64,000 nt of DNA. It comes from Andalucia godoyi And28. Taxonomy: Eukaryota; Protista; Jakobida. The stretch spans positions 62,001 to 126,000 of the forward strand of contig VRVR01000007.1 of assembly GCA_009859145.1 (NCBI GenBank), written 5' to 3'. The notes below the pieces were generated by a model, which did not search any database, was not told where the DNA came from, and worked only from the letters and a program-made list of their open reading frames with translations. Shown here piece after piece: positions 32,656-43,785 of the stretch; the first letter of the stretch is position 1; each line of letters begins with the position of its first letter. Position numbers and translations under genes: made by a program.

Positions 32656-34038
32656 ATGCGCTTTGGCTCTGCAGTTTTCCCACAGCTTTGGAGACGCGCT
32701 GAGTGCTCGCGGTTGTTCTCGACTCGAATTTCAGCAATCGAAGTCCCATACACGCAGTCCACGGTGGGCGCTGAAGAGATCGATGCGGTTTCGCAAGTCA
32801 TTGCCTCGGATCGGCTGATTATGGGACCAAAAGTAACGGAATTTGAGAGCATGTTGGCGAGATTCTGTGGAAGAAAGTTCGCAGTGGCGGTTTCTTCGGG
32901 AACAAGTGCACTTCAAGCGGTGTTGCATCTTCGTGGAGTTTCATCCGAGTGGACTGTTTTCGTCCCGGCATATACCTGGGTGGCGACATATAATGTCGCC
33001 GTCGCAACCGGCGCTCGCGTGATTCTCGTGGATGTCCGGCCGGACAGTTACTGCATGAGCATGCGCGCACTAGAACGCGCGATCGAAGATGAGCGAAAAC
33101 TCTTTCCAAATCGAAGATTATGCGTCATGCCAGTGCACATGTTTGGGTATCGATGTGGTGCAGAAGTGGACGAGATCACGCTCGATGCGCTATCAAAACA
33201 GCACAACGTGACGGTCATAGGGGATGCGTGCTGTGCGTTCGCTTCTGTCGAGAATGGGGTGACTTGTGGCAATTGGACTCCAATCGAGTGCACTAGTTTC
33301 CACCCTCGAAAGCTTCTAACCACTGGAGAAGGTGGCGCGGTGTTCACCGACTCGGAAGAGGAGATGCTGCGCCTGAAGAGACTTCGAGATCATGGAGCGT
33401 TTCGAGATGCTGAGCAACGAAAACAGACAACGCAAGGTGGAACCCTGGTTCCGCAGTTTCCAGAAGCAGGATTCAACTATCGAATGACTGAAATGCAGGG
33501 GGCCATTGGGGTGGAGCAAATGAAGAAAATCGACTGGATTACGTCGCGAAGAAAAAGCATTGCTCGGCGGTATGACGAGGAAATTCAAGCTTCCAAGGAA
33601 CTGTCTTCTTTGCTCCAGGTGCCTCTCGCCAGAACAGGCCTCCTGGATGATCGAGTTCTCACTGCATATCCAGTCAAGATGAATTTTGCTTCCCCGGCGA
33701 GCGTGGTCGAATCGTTCCTGTCCCAGGACATTCAATCCACGGAGAGGTATGCGCGAATGAAGCGTCTGCGACATGAGATCATCCACCACTGTGCGCAAGT
33801 GAGAGTGGCTCTTCGACCGCCTATGATCTGCCTTCCAGACATTGCATTTATTGTGCGAGATCAAGTTCGGCTGGGGATCCTTGCGTCGGAAGATCAAGTT
33901 GACTTGCGTTTTCCCGGAGCCCGTGTCTGCCTGGATATGACATTCGCGCTTCCCTCTTTCCCACAACTGTCTGCTGACCAGCAATCCAGAGTCTTGGAAG
34001 TTCTCCATGAGTTTGCAGCTGCGCACGTGACTGAATAA
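32656..34038 (+). CDS. DegT/DnrJ/EryC1/StrS-family PLP-dependent aminotransferase
   Basis: AVSSGTSAL, VPAYTWVAT, PVHMFG, DACCA, SFHPRKLLTTGEGG (PLP Lys), GFNYRMTEMQGAIG; start 32656 or 32599, possible mitochondrial presequence. Confidence 0.92.
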   Translation: MRFGSAVFPQLWRRAECSRLFSTRISAIEVPYTQSTVGAEEIDAVSQVIASDRLIMGPKVTEFESMLARFCGRKFAVAVSSGTSALQAVLHLRGVSSEWTVFVPAYTWVATYNVAVATGARVILVDVRPDSYCMSMRALERAIEDERKLFPNRRLCVMPVHMFGYRCGAEVDEITLDALSKQHNVTVIGDACCAFASVENGVTCGNWTPIECTSFHPRKLLTTGEGGAVFTDSEEEMLRLKRLRDHGAFRDAEQRKQTTQGGTLVPQFPEAGFNYRMTEMQGAIGVEQMKKIDWITSRRKSIARRYDEEIQASKELSSLLQVPLARTGLLDDRVLTAYPVKMNFASPASVVESFLSQDIQSTERYARMKRLRHEIIHHCAQVRVALRPPMICLPDIAFIVRDQVRLGILASEDQVDLRFPGARVCLDMTFALPSFPQLSADQQSRVLEVLHEFAAAHVTE

Positions 34039-34215
34039 AAGGAAAAAGGGGAATTGATGGTTTTTCCCCACTCCTTGCTGGAGAATCACGCGTCTTTAGC
34101 CTTTTTTTTTTTTTTGTGTGTGAAAGGTTTTTATAAATACACTGCTTTACCCCCAGACCGCAAACCCGTTGAGCACGAGACCATAAATACTGGGGTGCGG
34201 AAGAAAGGTAAGAAA

Positions 34216-36732
34216 CTAGGATCGAACCAGCGTTCGCATGTTCTTCCAGTACATAATACAAAAGGCAATAATTCGGAATACAGTCCCAAGAACAAACAGC
34301 ATTGTGATGTCGACATCAAAATGATTAATATCGTATCCGGTCTTGCGAATCGATTGCTCAACGCGAAAGTTTCCCTTGTACGGTGACACGGAGACCGTGA
34401 TGATCGCCTCCGCTGCCCAACGAGCTGGAGAGACAATCCAGAAAATGATGAGCGGGCCCCAGGAAGAAACAGTGTTTAAGTTGGGCGACAGACCGGATGT
34501 GACCGAAGAAGCAACTCCGATAACAGTCGTGATGATCAGCGCCTTGTCTTTGGAAACCAAGAATGACCACATGTACCCCAGTCCAAATGCCGCGTACGTC
34601 ATTCCTATGATGACCGCAAACCACTCCGCTGCTGTTCCAGTCGGAGAAGCAAGGATGAAGAAGAACGTAATGAACGTGAATGAGATGCGGACGATGTGGA
34701 CGACATCCCACAGACTGCGACCAAGGAAATATGCAATTCCCGACGCCCCGGAGCCGAGTTCGCGGGCAATAACATCCTTTTCGTACGCAAAGGTTCGAAC
34801 CGACGAGACACCAGAAATGGCAATGCACACCATTGTGATGAAAAATCCTCGGTTGAACATGGAACTCTCCGTAACTGCAGAGTTTTCACAGCGCTCCCGA
34901 ATAATGTACGGACACATCTGAGCAAGCACATCGTTCAGTGGTGGAATGTAGTCGTCTGCACCAATGCCAAGTCCGATCCCTGGTAAGCACTGTTGGGCCA
35001 CGTCAAGGAGCAGCGGTCCAAGAGCGTGGACTTCCTGCCAGAAGCTCCGGATGATGTACAAGCACACAAGCGAAAGCAGTCCTGGGATGTCTCGAGATGC
35101 CGTCGCGATCTGAATATCACGCGGTGTGGATCTCAAGACGCTGAGATCAGAACTTTCGACGCTCTTTGCACGGTAGAGCCAGATTTCGGACAGGTGCGCG
35201 GATATTACTCTCGGTGTCAGTAGGATATTCGGATTGATTTCCTTTCCCCCGTTGGTTTCGTTTTCTCGAACATATTCTTCTAATCCGGGCGACTGTCTCA
35301 GGACGACTTGGTGGTCGTCGAGAACCCATGGAATGCGCGCCGTGAGGATGTCCATGATAAAGTCTGCAGGATTCAGAACACGTTCGGGATCCTCCGGATA
35401 CTTGAAACCGAGGCTCATGAAGTAGTCGACAGCGGCACTGGATGGTCCCGCATAGACGGTTCGGCCTCCGGAGCCTAGAAGCATCACAGAATCAAACGCG
35501 GAAAATATCTCATAACGAGGCTGATGAATCACCGTGATAACAGTGACTCCCGCCATGGCGATGCGGTGCAGCGCATCTGTGAGCTCGTGAGCTGCTGTTG
35601 CGTCCAGCCCCGAGGTGGGTTCATCCAGAATCAAGACAGTGGGACGTGCCACAAGCTCCATTGCAATTGACACACGCTTGCGCTCTCCTCCGGAAATACC
35701 GCGCTTCAGTTCATCTCCGACTTGCGAATGCTGGACGTGAGCAATGCGCAGCAAATCCATGACGAAATCGACCGACGCCATCTTTTCTGCCCGACTCATT
35801 GTGCCAGGAAGACGCGAAAATGCTGCGTGTGTGAGAATTTCCCGGACTGTCAGTTGCCTGAGCATCACGTCTTCCTGCGGCACAAAACCAAGAAGTCCCT
35901 TTTTTGATAGCTGTCCGAGCGAAAGCCCAGTGGCTTCGTTGATTATGATTTCCCCTGATCGTTGCGACAGCGGGACTTTTCCCAAGAGAATGTTCAGCAG
36001 AGACGACTTTCCAGATCCAGATGGCCCCATGATGGCAGACACTTTTCCCGGCTCAAAGCATGCAGACACCGACTCCAAAATGACCTTTTGGTTTCCTTGA
36101 GCACGCTTCGTCCCGCTTCCAACTGGTACTTCGTAATGCACGTTACGGAGCTCTATCGATATCCGAAGGGAACTTGCAGACGACGAGGCATGCACAAAGG
36201 TTTGGTCTTGCCGCTGTTGGGACATCACGGCCGTGGACTGGTGGATCAAAAGGTTCGGATCCTCTGATCTTGCAGCGCTGTGTGCCGATTGCGCAGTTAT
36301 CATCTGGGCAATTTGCAAGTTCGTTCGCGCCTGTTGCCGCAGATATACTTGATACGCAATCCCACAAACAACAATAGCTGCAGTTCCAATGACAAGGCAC
36401 AGCAGCCATGTGAACTTTCCGGACCCTTCTGAGCACAGAGAAAACGGCTCACAGTCGAGCGGCGTCACCGTGGCGACCGGACACCATTTCCCTTCCGGAC
36501 AAACCTTGTGCGTCGCAGAGGTTTCACAGTAGCGTCCGCTGCCGCAAAAGTTAACAACGTCCTTGGATCCGTCAGAGTAGAACCCGGGGCCGACGTATGC
36601 ATTGAATACTCCATTTGGAACCACTTGCTCTCCGACACAGTCGAACCCTGCACTGCAGTTGTATGCCTGCACAGTGGTAAAGACCAGCGACACCCCAACC
36701 AGTGCCGGAAGGACTTTCAAAATGAGTCGCAT
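34216..36732 (-). CDS. ABCG half-transporter with Cys-rich extracellular N-terminus
   Basis: Signal peptide, C-x-x-G-x-x-C repeats, Walker A GPSGSGKS, signature ISGGERKRVSI, DEPTSGLD, IHQP, C-terminal TM segments. Confidence 0.93.
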   Translation of the reverse strand: MRLILKVLPALVGVSLVFTTVQAYNCSAGFDCVGEQVVPNGVFNAYVGPGFYSDGSKDVVNFCGSGRYCETSATHKVCPEGKWCPVATVTPLDCEPFSLCSEGSGKFTWLLCLVIGTAAIVVCGIAYQVYLRQQARTNLQIAQMITAQSAHSAARSEDPNLLIHQSTAVMSQQRQDQTFVHASSSASSLRISIELRNVHYEVPVGSGTKRAQGNQKVILESVSACFEPGKVSAIMGPSGSGKSSLLNILLGKVPLSQRSGEIIINEATGLSLGQLSKKGLLGFVPQEDVMLRQLTVREILTHAAFSRLPGTMSRAEKMASVDFVMDLLRIAHVQHSQVGDELKRGISGGERKRVSIAMELVARPTVLILDEPTSGLDATAAHELTDALHRIAMAGVTVITVIHQPRYEIFSAFDSVMLLGSGGRTVYAGPSSAAVDYFMSLGFKYPEDPERVLNPADFIMDILTARIPWVLDDHQVVLRQSPGLEEYVRENETNGGKEINPNILLTPRVISAHLSEIWLYRAKSVESSDLSVLRSTPRDIQIATASRDIPGLLSLVCLYIIRSFWQEVHALGPLLLDVAQQCLPGIGLGIGADDYIPPLNDVLAQMCPYIIRERCENSAVTESSMFNRGFFITMVCIAISGVSSVRTFAYEKDVIARELGSGASGIAYFLGRSLWDVVHIVRISFTFITFFFILASPTGTAAEWFAVIIGMTYAAFGLGYMWSFLVSKDKALIITTVIGVASSVTSGLSPNLNTVSSWGPLIIFWIVSPARWAAEAIITVSVSPYKGNFRVEQSIRKTGYDINHFDVDITMLFVLGTVFRIIAFCIMYWKNMRTLVRS

Positions 36733-36859
36733 TTTTTCCCCCCCGAACTGCTTTGCTTGTTCAGTGTTGATATTAGGCACATATTCTGTGCACTTGCAGC
36801 GAGGAAGTGTGAACGAGGAATCGAGGAACGTGATTCTGAATCGTATTTATGGAGAAGCG

Positions 36860-37440
36860 GTATTCGGCAGTGCACTGCAACTCGCAAACAACGTCAGGCG
36901 TAGTTTCCTGCTGTTTCGGCAGTCGGCAATCGGGGGAATTTGCATCTGCCGACTTTGCCTTCACCGATCTGTCAATCTGCATCGATGATACCCGAAGAAT
37001 CGTCTCTCAGTCTGTCAGTTCTGCAGCAAGTTTTCCTGTACCCCTCCGCATTTCCGCTCGATATCGGACAGTCTTTATCCCAGTGTGTTGCCGACACTTG
37101 CACAATTATGGTCGCACCCCACCACCGCTTGTGCTAGGCTTTTGCACACGCTCTCCACAGATTACTTTTATCTATACACAACACATTTGACCAAAACGTC
37201 TGAGCAAAGCCTTTGTGCAAACATGACCTGGTTTTCCTGTGCTTTTTCGTATTCCACATAACACTTCGTTCTCTGACTCTGTGTTTCTTGCAGGCGTGGT
37301 CGTTTGCACTTCATAGACGAAGGATCCCCCGAGCTCCGTTTTCTTTTTTTGGGGGATGATACCTGGGTCAGGCAAGACATCGGTGTTGTCATGCTGTTTC
37401 AATATGAAACTACTCCAGAACTCGGTGCAATACAACGAAG
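36860..37440 (-). pseudogene. Possible degraded Fanzor1 C-terminal half plus downstream hairpins, relic E
   Basis: Colinear: T(D)GVVS-ILK-like (37397-37426), DVLPDPG (DPG 37361-37369), GSFVY..Q (37313-37327), RTKCYVEYEKAQ, VVGCDHNC (37102-37125), WDKD (37071-37082); 8-bp inverted repeat AGTCGGCA/TGCCGACT at 36921-36954. Confidence 0.45.
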
Positions 37441-37994
37441 AAGTCCAGCGCACGTCAAGAAATGCGAAATTGCGACCGGGAACGGAAGCGTGAGGCGTCA
37501 GGAGATCTCACGAGACACAAACGCTGCGCTGGGCATTTGCCTCTGTGTGTCGAAGTCTGAACAGCTGCAATGGCTTGCGTCGAGAGGAGGATGCGTCTAA
37601 CAGGACGAAAGAAGAAGAAAACGACGGCGACGACTATGATAAAGATAACGAAGCGCACAACATAAACAACAGCAGAGAGTCGATCACGACGGGACACTCA
37701 CGGTTCCACGAATTTGCTTTGGTTCTTGGGGAATCGGCAAACATGTGAATACCCGGCTCATATTGTGTCCACCTGCTGCATTTTCCTCTTTCTTTTCCAT
37801 TCGACTTGATACTGGCGAGTCTCGCAAAACCTGAGTAGAAATGGTGGTGAGAGTGGAAGAGGATGGGTTTCGCGATAGGGCAGGATTGGATTTGAGTTTA
37901 TTTATTGTGATTTATTGATGTATGTTTCATTTTCGTTTGTCTGTTTAAAACTCTTAACCAAACATTAGAAAAAGAGCAGATTTTGTAGGGAAGA

Positions 37995-40088
37995 ATGTCG
38001 GCCGATCGACGCATTCAGGTCCTATCGAGCCACCTTGTAGCTGGAAGCACTGGCGCATCTCCGCATGCAAAGTCGGAGTCGGCCTCGGGAATTGTCGCTA
38101 AATATCCATTTTCGGTGAGCGCATCCGCTCTGCACGAGGCAAAGAATTCGTGGTTTGAGCATCCGCGCACTATTGATGTTCCGTCGCTGAAGAAGTTTCT
38201 CGATGGTCCATATCATGAATGGAAGGAGATCATTCGCAAGTACTATGTGGATGAAAAGCAAGATGTGGTGGAGTACGACAAGCCTTTGGATGAAAAGAGG
38301 AGGATCGTGTTTGATCGACTTCGCAGATTCCTCACTGAGCTTCCGACCATCAATTACTATGATTTGATTAAGGACCCCATGAAGGCTTTTGCAGCGGGAG
38401 AAGTCCAGGCGTGTTCGCTGTCTCCGTCGTTCATGGTCCGATCCGGAGTCCATGTGTTCCTTGCCTCGCTCAGCATCTACTATCTCGGATCGCAGAAACA
38501 CATAGACGAATGGTTCCCAAAGCTGGCAGATTACTCTGTTCCTGCATGCTTCAGCATGACGGAAATTGGACACGGCTCCAATGTCAGATTGCTTGGTACA
38601 GAGGCGCGATATGACCATATCACAAACGAGTTTGTGATCCACACGCCTAATTCGGACGCGGCAAAGATCTGGATCGGCGGCACCATGACGTCGTACATGA
38701 CCATCGTGTTTGCGAGACTATTTGCGCCTTCGAAGCCAAACGGAGCCTCTGAGGATCAAGGAATCCATGCGTTTGTGGTGCCACTGCGTAACTTCAAGAC
38801 AAAGGCGCATCTTCCCGGAGTGCATGTTCATGATCTGGGAGAAAAGGTCGGTGTGAACGGTGTTGATAACGGCGTCATTTGGTTTGAGCATGTTCGAATT
38901 CCATCTCGGAACTTGCTGGATCGGTATGGCTCGATTCGATCGGCCGACGGTGTCTACGAGTCGCCGATCAAATCCGCGGACAGGAGATTCAATACAATGC
39001 TCTCTGCATTGATCAGCACACGTGCGACACTGATTTCATCAGCGTTGGGTGCGATGAAAGTTGGGCTTGCGATTGCAATTCGATACTCCCATTTGCGACG
39101 TGCGTTTGGACCACCCGGAAAACCAGAAGTTTCGGTGATGACCTACTCCACACAGCGAAAGGCCCTGATTCCGTATGTCGCCTTTGCCTATGCTGCAGAT
39201 TTTGCGTCTCGCTATGCGCAGAAGCGATGGCTTGCTGTCGCGGATCGAGATCGCCGGGAAGTTGAGGCCCTTGTTTCCGCCTTCAAAGCATATGTCACTT
39301 GGGAAGTTCTGGATGCTCTGCAGAACGCGCGAGAAGCATGCGGTGGCACGGGATATCTTGCTGCAAACTTGATTGGAACAATTCGTTCGGATGTGGATAT
39401 TTACGTCACTCTTGAAGGCGCAAACATGATTATTTTGCAACAGGTCGGCAAGGACATGCTTACACAGTATGCAAAATCGATGGCCAAACGGGGTGCTATT
39501 GGTGCTTTGGCACATGTTCTCAACACCAAACTCTCCGACTTTTTGCTCACCTCCAACCCGTTTGCGAACGCGAGCGCTTCCCGGGATGCGATTCAAGACT
39601 CTGCGTTCTATTTGGAGGCGCTGCGGTATCGTGAACAGTACATCTTGCGCACCATCGCAATGAATATGAGAACAGAAGTTCAGCATAAGAAGCGGGACGG
39701 ATTCGTGTGCTGGAATGAACAGCTGTCCGAGGTTCTGCATCTCGGCAAGGCCCACATCGAGCGCATCATTGTGGAGCAATTTCTAAAGACAATCGAGGAG
39801 TGCAAGGAGCCGGGAGACACCAAACTCCTCCTTGTTCTCCTTTGCGACTTGTTTGCTCTGTGGTGCATCGAGCGCGATGCAGCTTGGTTTTTGGAACGTA
39901 GATTTATGTCCGCCGAGAGATCCATCGCCATCCGGGACATCGTTCGTGTTCTGTGTGATGACGTTGTTCCGCATCTTCCGTCTCTTGTCGATGCCTGGGG
40001 ATTCCCAGAAGAGCTCATGCAGAAGATCCCCGTTGTGCGCGGAAATGTGGGCATGGCGCAGCACGCCGGTCTGATTCCGAAGTCGTAG
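37995..40088 (+). CDS. Peroxisomal acyl-CoA oxidase with N-terminal PTS2
   Basis: CFSMTEIGHGSNV, KIWIGG, GVDNG, REACGG.GY, TLEGANMIILQQ; PTS2 nonapeptide RIQVLSSHL at 38010-38036. Confidence 0.95.
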   Translation: MSADRRIQVLSSHLVAGSTGASPHAKSESASGIVAKYPFSVSASALHEAKNSWFEHPRTIDVPSLKKFLDGPYHEWKEIIRKYYVDEKQDVVEYDKPLDEKRRIVFDRLRRFLTELPTINYYDLIKDPMKAFAAGEVQACSLSPSFMVRSGVHVFLASLSIYYLGSQKHIDEWFPKLADYSVPACFSMTEIGHGSNVRLLGTEARYDHITNEFVIHTPNSDAAKIWIGGTMTSYMTIVFARLFAPSKPNGASEDQGIHAFVVPLRNFKTKAHLPGVHVHDLGEKVGVNGVDNGVIWFEHVRIPSRNLLDRYGSIRSADGVYESPIKSADRRFNTMLSALISTRATLISSALGAMKVGLAIAIRYSHLRRAFGPPGKPEVSVMTYSTQRKALIPYVAFAYAADFASRYAQKRWLAVADRDRREVEALVSAFKAYVTWEVLDALQNAREACGGTGYLAANLIGTIRSDVDIYVTLEGANMIILQQVGKDMLTQYAKSMAKRGAIGALAHVLNTKLSDFLLTSNPFANASASRDAIQDSAFYLEALRYREQYILRTIAMNMRTEVQHKKRDGFVCWNEQLSEVLHLGKAHIERIIVEQFLKTIEECKEPGDTKLLLVLLCDLFALWCIERDAAWFLERRFMSAERSIAIRDIVRVLCDDVVPHLPSLVDAWGFPEELMQKIPVVRGNVGMAQHAGLIPKS

Positions 40089-40204
40089 CTTTCGTATTTA
40101 AGAAGAAATGAAAACAAAAGATCATTTTATTATTTTCCCTCCCTTCTCCCTCAAGTCGCCATCTTCTGTTATTATGCATCGATAGCAACGATCTTTTTTT
40201 CTTC

Positions 40205-41440
40205 TCATGGTCCCACTTGTCGCACACCGTACGCGACATCGCTACTGAGAATGACGGTTCCATTGGGTCCCCACTGAAATCCGCCAACGAACCGATCCGG
40301 AATACTCAAAAGACCGCCGTCCAGATCACTGTCAGTCGTCAGATGGCTCAGTTGCGCGGCTTGTGTGGTTCCTAAAACAGAAGACACCATCAGCCCGATC
40401 CACACTTTCAATCCAAGCCGGTGCGCAGCAGCGATCGTTCGAACTCCACCGCGAAGCCCCCCCGCTTTCTCAATCTTCACATTCACTCCATTGACGTACG
40501 GAGCAACCAATTCCACGTCTTCAAAGGTCGAGATGCTTTCATCGGCATAGATCAACATTCCGGCCCCATTGTAAGCATCCTTAACGGCCTTCCAGTCCGG
40601 CCCCAGCACCGCATGGAGAGGAAACGGCTGCTCAACCATGAAAATCTTCTCCGCATACGGCTTCAACACTTCCAACATCTCCATGGATATAGATGGATTC
40701 CATGCAGCATTTGCGTCAATGCTCCATTCTGTACCCAAGTTACTCAGCTTCTCGAGCACCTTTGCCGTCCATTCCGCGTTGTCGTCGACTTTGATCTTGA
40801 TGAACGGCGTGTATTCAAGCCCAAACCTTGTCGACTCCACCATATCGTCGAGATTTTGCATCAACGCAGCCGTGTAAAAGGACCGTGCACACTGCGCTTC
40901 CCCTTGCTCGAACCCAGCCAATTTCCACACAGGAACGCTGCGAAGCATTGCCCATGCCCCAAGAACAGCGCACTCTAATGCAGACTTCCCAGCACGGAAG
41001 AACTTTGAGTCTCCGCATGCCCGGTCAACAATGTACAGCAACGTGTGGAACAGTGTAGTCTCCTCACAGGAAGCACATGTGTGACGGCGGCACGACGGAA
41101 AGTACGCATCAGGTACATCTGCAAATGCATCGTATGAGTCAGGCAGTGCAGCAAAGACTCGGGCTTGCTCCACCACTTGGTGGAAATAGTCATGGCAATC
41201 CTTCATATCCGCAAAATAACAGCCTGGCTTTTTCGGCGGAAGCCCGCATTCGCCAAAGCTCTCAATCGTGCATGACGAACTTCTCTCGTCTGTAATCAGC
41301 ACTCGAAACAGCCCGTTCGTGCGGCTCGTCGAAGAAGAGTGCGATGTCCCAAAAACATGCCGTAATCGGAGATGCAGCGATTCAACAGAAAGCAGAACCC
41401 GATACGAAGTACCAGGAACAGGAAACGCAATCTCATTCAT
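40205..41440 (-). CDS. Enolase-superfamily dipeptide epimerase (L-Ala-D/L-Glu epimerase-like)
   Basis: KIKV, DANAAW, EQP, DES, NVKIEKAGG, DLDG motifs. Confidence 0.88.
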   Translation of the reverse strand: MNEIAFPVPGTSYRVLLSVESLHLRLRHVFGTSHSSSTSRTNGLFRVLITDERSSSCTIESFGECGLPPKKPGCYFADMKDCHDYFHQVVEQARVFAALPDSYDAFADVPDAYFPSCRRHTCASCEETTLFHTLLYIVDRACGDSKFFRAGKSALECAVLGAWAMLRSVPVWKLAGFEQGEAQCARSFYTAALMQNLDDMVESTRFGLEYTPFIKIKVDDNAEWTAKVLEKLSNLGTEWSIDANAAWNPSISMEMLEVLKPYAEKIFMVEQPFPLHAVLGPDWKAVKDAYNGAGMLIYADESISTFEDVELVAPYVNGVNVKIEKAGGLRGGVRTIAAAHRLGLKVWIGLMVSSVLGTTQAAQLSHLTTDSDLDGGLLSIPDRFVGGFQWGPNGTVILSSDVAYGVRQVGP

Positions 41441-41775
41441 TTTCTTCTTCTTTTCTTTTCGGTTTCGTTATCCAGAGAAGGCACGAATAAATCGTTGGGC
41501 TGTGGCAAGCGATTACTGTACGAATACTGAAATTGTTCGTGGCAGCGGCTTTCCGTTTGTTATCTGCTGCTGCGCAACTTTTTTTTATATTGTGTTTTAT
41601 TTCGTTTTCATCGTCTCCGTCCGGTTAGAACTAAATAAAAACGACATCTTCCTCTCACTTCCGTGATGTCGCTTTTTGCTTGTTCTAATATTTTCGTTTT
41701 GATTTGGTTATCGTCGCCGTCCACAATTGGAATATGTTTTTTTTTTAATTAATTAATCCTAAACCTGCTCGGCAG

Positions 41776-43356
41776 TTACTTTGTGTACGTTGGCATGACC
41801 ATCGTCGACGCAGAGATAACATCCTTCTCACGCCACGCGGATGTGACGGTCTTGAGCTGGGTGTAGAAGTGGACACCGGACTTTCCATAGAAGTTGAGGT
41901 CTCCCATAATCGATGCACGGTTTCCAGTGAAGGAGAACATGGGCAGTGGAACCGGAATGGGGACATTGATTCCAACCTGGCCTGCTCCAATTTCATTCGT
42001 GAACTTGCGCGCAGCGGCACCCGAGCGAGTGAAAATTGCAGTTCCGTTTCCGTACTTGTTGCGGTTGATGATGGAGATTGCATCGTCGAGGTTGGGCGCA
42101 GTGAGCGAAACCAGCACCGGTCCGAAGATCTCTTCCTGATAGATCTTCATGTGCGGTTTGGCATTCGAAAAGATGGTGGGGCCAACCCAGTTTCCATTTT
42201 CATATCCTGCTGGGACAGTTGGGTTTCTTCCATCCAGCAAGAGAGTGGCACCTTCGTCCACTCCAGACTGTATCAATCCCTCAACACGCTTGCGAGCCTG
42301 CGGAGAGATCAGGGGGCCCAGATCAGAGGTCTCTGCAAACCCGGGGCCGACCTTCTTTGTGGCAGCAATGTCTGCAACTCGTGGAAGGATCTCACGCTCG
42401 ACACCACCAACAAAGACTGCAGTGGACAAGGCCATGCATCGCTGACCAGCAGCGCCAAACGCAGCGCCAACGAGAGTCTGTGCGACGGAATCGTAGTCGA
42501 CATCCGGCATAATCACGCAATGGTTCTTTGCGCCCATGTTGGACTGCACCCTCTTTCCATTCGAAGTACCTCGTTGATAAATGTGGCGACCGGCGGTGTT
42601 TCCTCCCACAAACGAAATTGCCTGGACATGTGGAGAGTCGCAGATAAAGTTCACCGCATCATGTGCGCCATGGATCATGTTCACCACCCCAGCAGGGGCA
42701 CCGCAGGCGTGCCAGATCTCCATGAGCTTCACGGCCGTCAACGGAACTCTCTCAGAAGGCTTCAGCAAGAACGTGTTTCCACAGGCTGCAGCAAGAGGGA
42801 ACATCCACAGAGCAATCATCGCAGGGAAGTTGAACGGGGTAATTCCAGCTACAACTCCGAGCGGCTCGCGGAACGAATACGTGTCCACATCACGTGCAAT
42901 GGAACCCAAAGTTTCTCCCATCAACAAAGACGGCGTCGAGCAAGCATGCTCCACAACCTCCAATCCGCGGAAAACGTCTCCACGTGCGTCCGCAAGAGTC
43001 TTTCCCTGCTCCTCGGTAATGATCTTTGCAATGTTCTCAGTTTCGTCACGGATTGCCGCTTGGTACTTGAGAATCAGCCGTGCTCGCTCCGAAGGCGGGA
43101 CACGGCGCCAGGTGTGGAATGCCGCTTGGGCAGCATTGGCAGCCTCGGTCATTTCAGCCTGCGTGCAATCTGGAACTCTTGCAATCAGACGGCCAGTCGA
43201 CGGATCATGAACTTCATGGAACTTTGTTGTCGATGAAACGCGCTTTTCACCATTGATGAACATCGGAACATCCTTTACAGATGATGCAAACGATGCCGAG
43301 AATGCACATCGAAGCGATGAAACACGGCGTGAAGACTGAAGCACTGTTGCCAGCAT
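41776..43356 (-). CDS. ALDH6A1: Methylmalonate-semialdehyde dehydrogenase, mitochondrial
   Basis: [62 protein letters not shown]; presequence [11 protein letters not shown]. Confidence 0.96.
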   Translation of the reverse strand: MLATVLQSSRRVSSLRCAFSASFASSVKDVPMFINGEKRVSSTTKFHEVHDPSTGRLIARVPDCTQAEMTEAANAAQAAFHTWRRVPPSERARLILKYQAAIRDETENIAKIITEEQGKTLADARGDVFRGLEVVEHACSTPSLLMGETLGSIARDVDTYSFREPLGVVAGITPFNFPAMIALWMFPLAAACGNTFLLKPSERVPLTAVKLMEIWHACGAPAGVVNMIHGAHDAVNFICDSPHVQAISFVGGNTAGRHIYQRGTSNGKRVQSNMGAKNHCVIMPDVDYDSVAQTLVGAAFGAAGQRCMALSTAVFVGGVEREILPRVADIAATKKVGPGFAETSDLGPLISPQARKRVEGLIQSGVDEGATLLLDGRNPTVPAGYENGNWVGPTIFSNAKPHMKIYQEEIFGPVLVSLTAPNLDDAISIINRNKYGNGTAIFTRSGAAARKFTNEIGAGQVGINVPIPVPLPMFSFTGNRASIMGDLNFYGKSGVHFYTQLKTVTSAWREKDVISASTMVMPTYTK

Positions 43357-43369
43357 TTCTTGTTTTTTC

Positions 43370-43480
43370 TTCTTCTGTTTTTTCTTGCGAGAAAACCCTA
43401 ACCAAAGCAAAGCAAAGCACACGCACACACACGCACACACGCACACGCACACGCACACGCACACACACACACACCTACAC
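43370..43480. repeat. (CA)n/(GCACAC)n microsatellite upstream of ALDH6A1
   Basis: Directly visible. Confidence 0.85.
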
Positions 43481-43652
43481 GCACACGGATATCTCCACAC
43501 ACAGAAATGAAGGCGGAAAACAGGATGAAAGGTTTCGAAGAAAAGAATCTTCCGCTGTCACAACGAAAAATGGGTGTCAGTCCCTTTCTACAGCGAAAGT
43601 CACTCTCAGCAGACTGACAGCAGTTTCTCTCTTATCACCAGTATTTTTTCAT

Positions 43653-43785
43653 AATTGTAGTATCTTTACAGACGCCTACACTATACACTGAACATGCTGC
43701 ATGTCTACGAATAGACATGCATATTCAATCTTGCATCCCGTAGCCGGGAAGGGGACAGGCCCCAACACGCCCCACGGCGTTCTTC
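43653..43785 (-). ncRNA. Putative omegaRNA scaffold plus flanking guide of B2 (inferred)
   Basis: Perfect 9-bp stem GCATGTCTA-TTCG-TAGACATGC (43699-43720) and ACGCC-GTGG-GGCGT hairpin, equivalent to B1. Confidence 0.5.
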
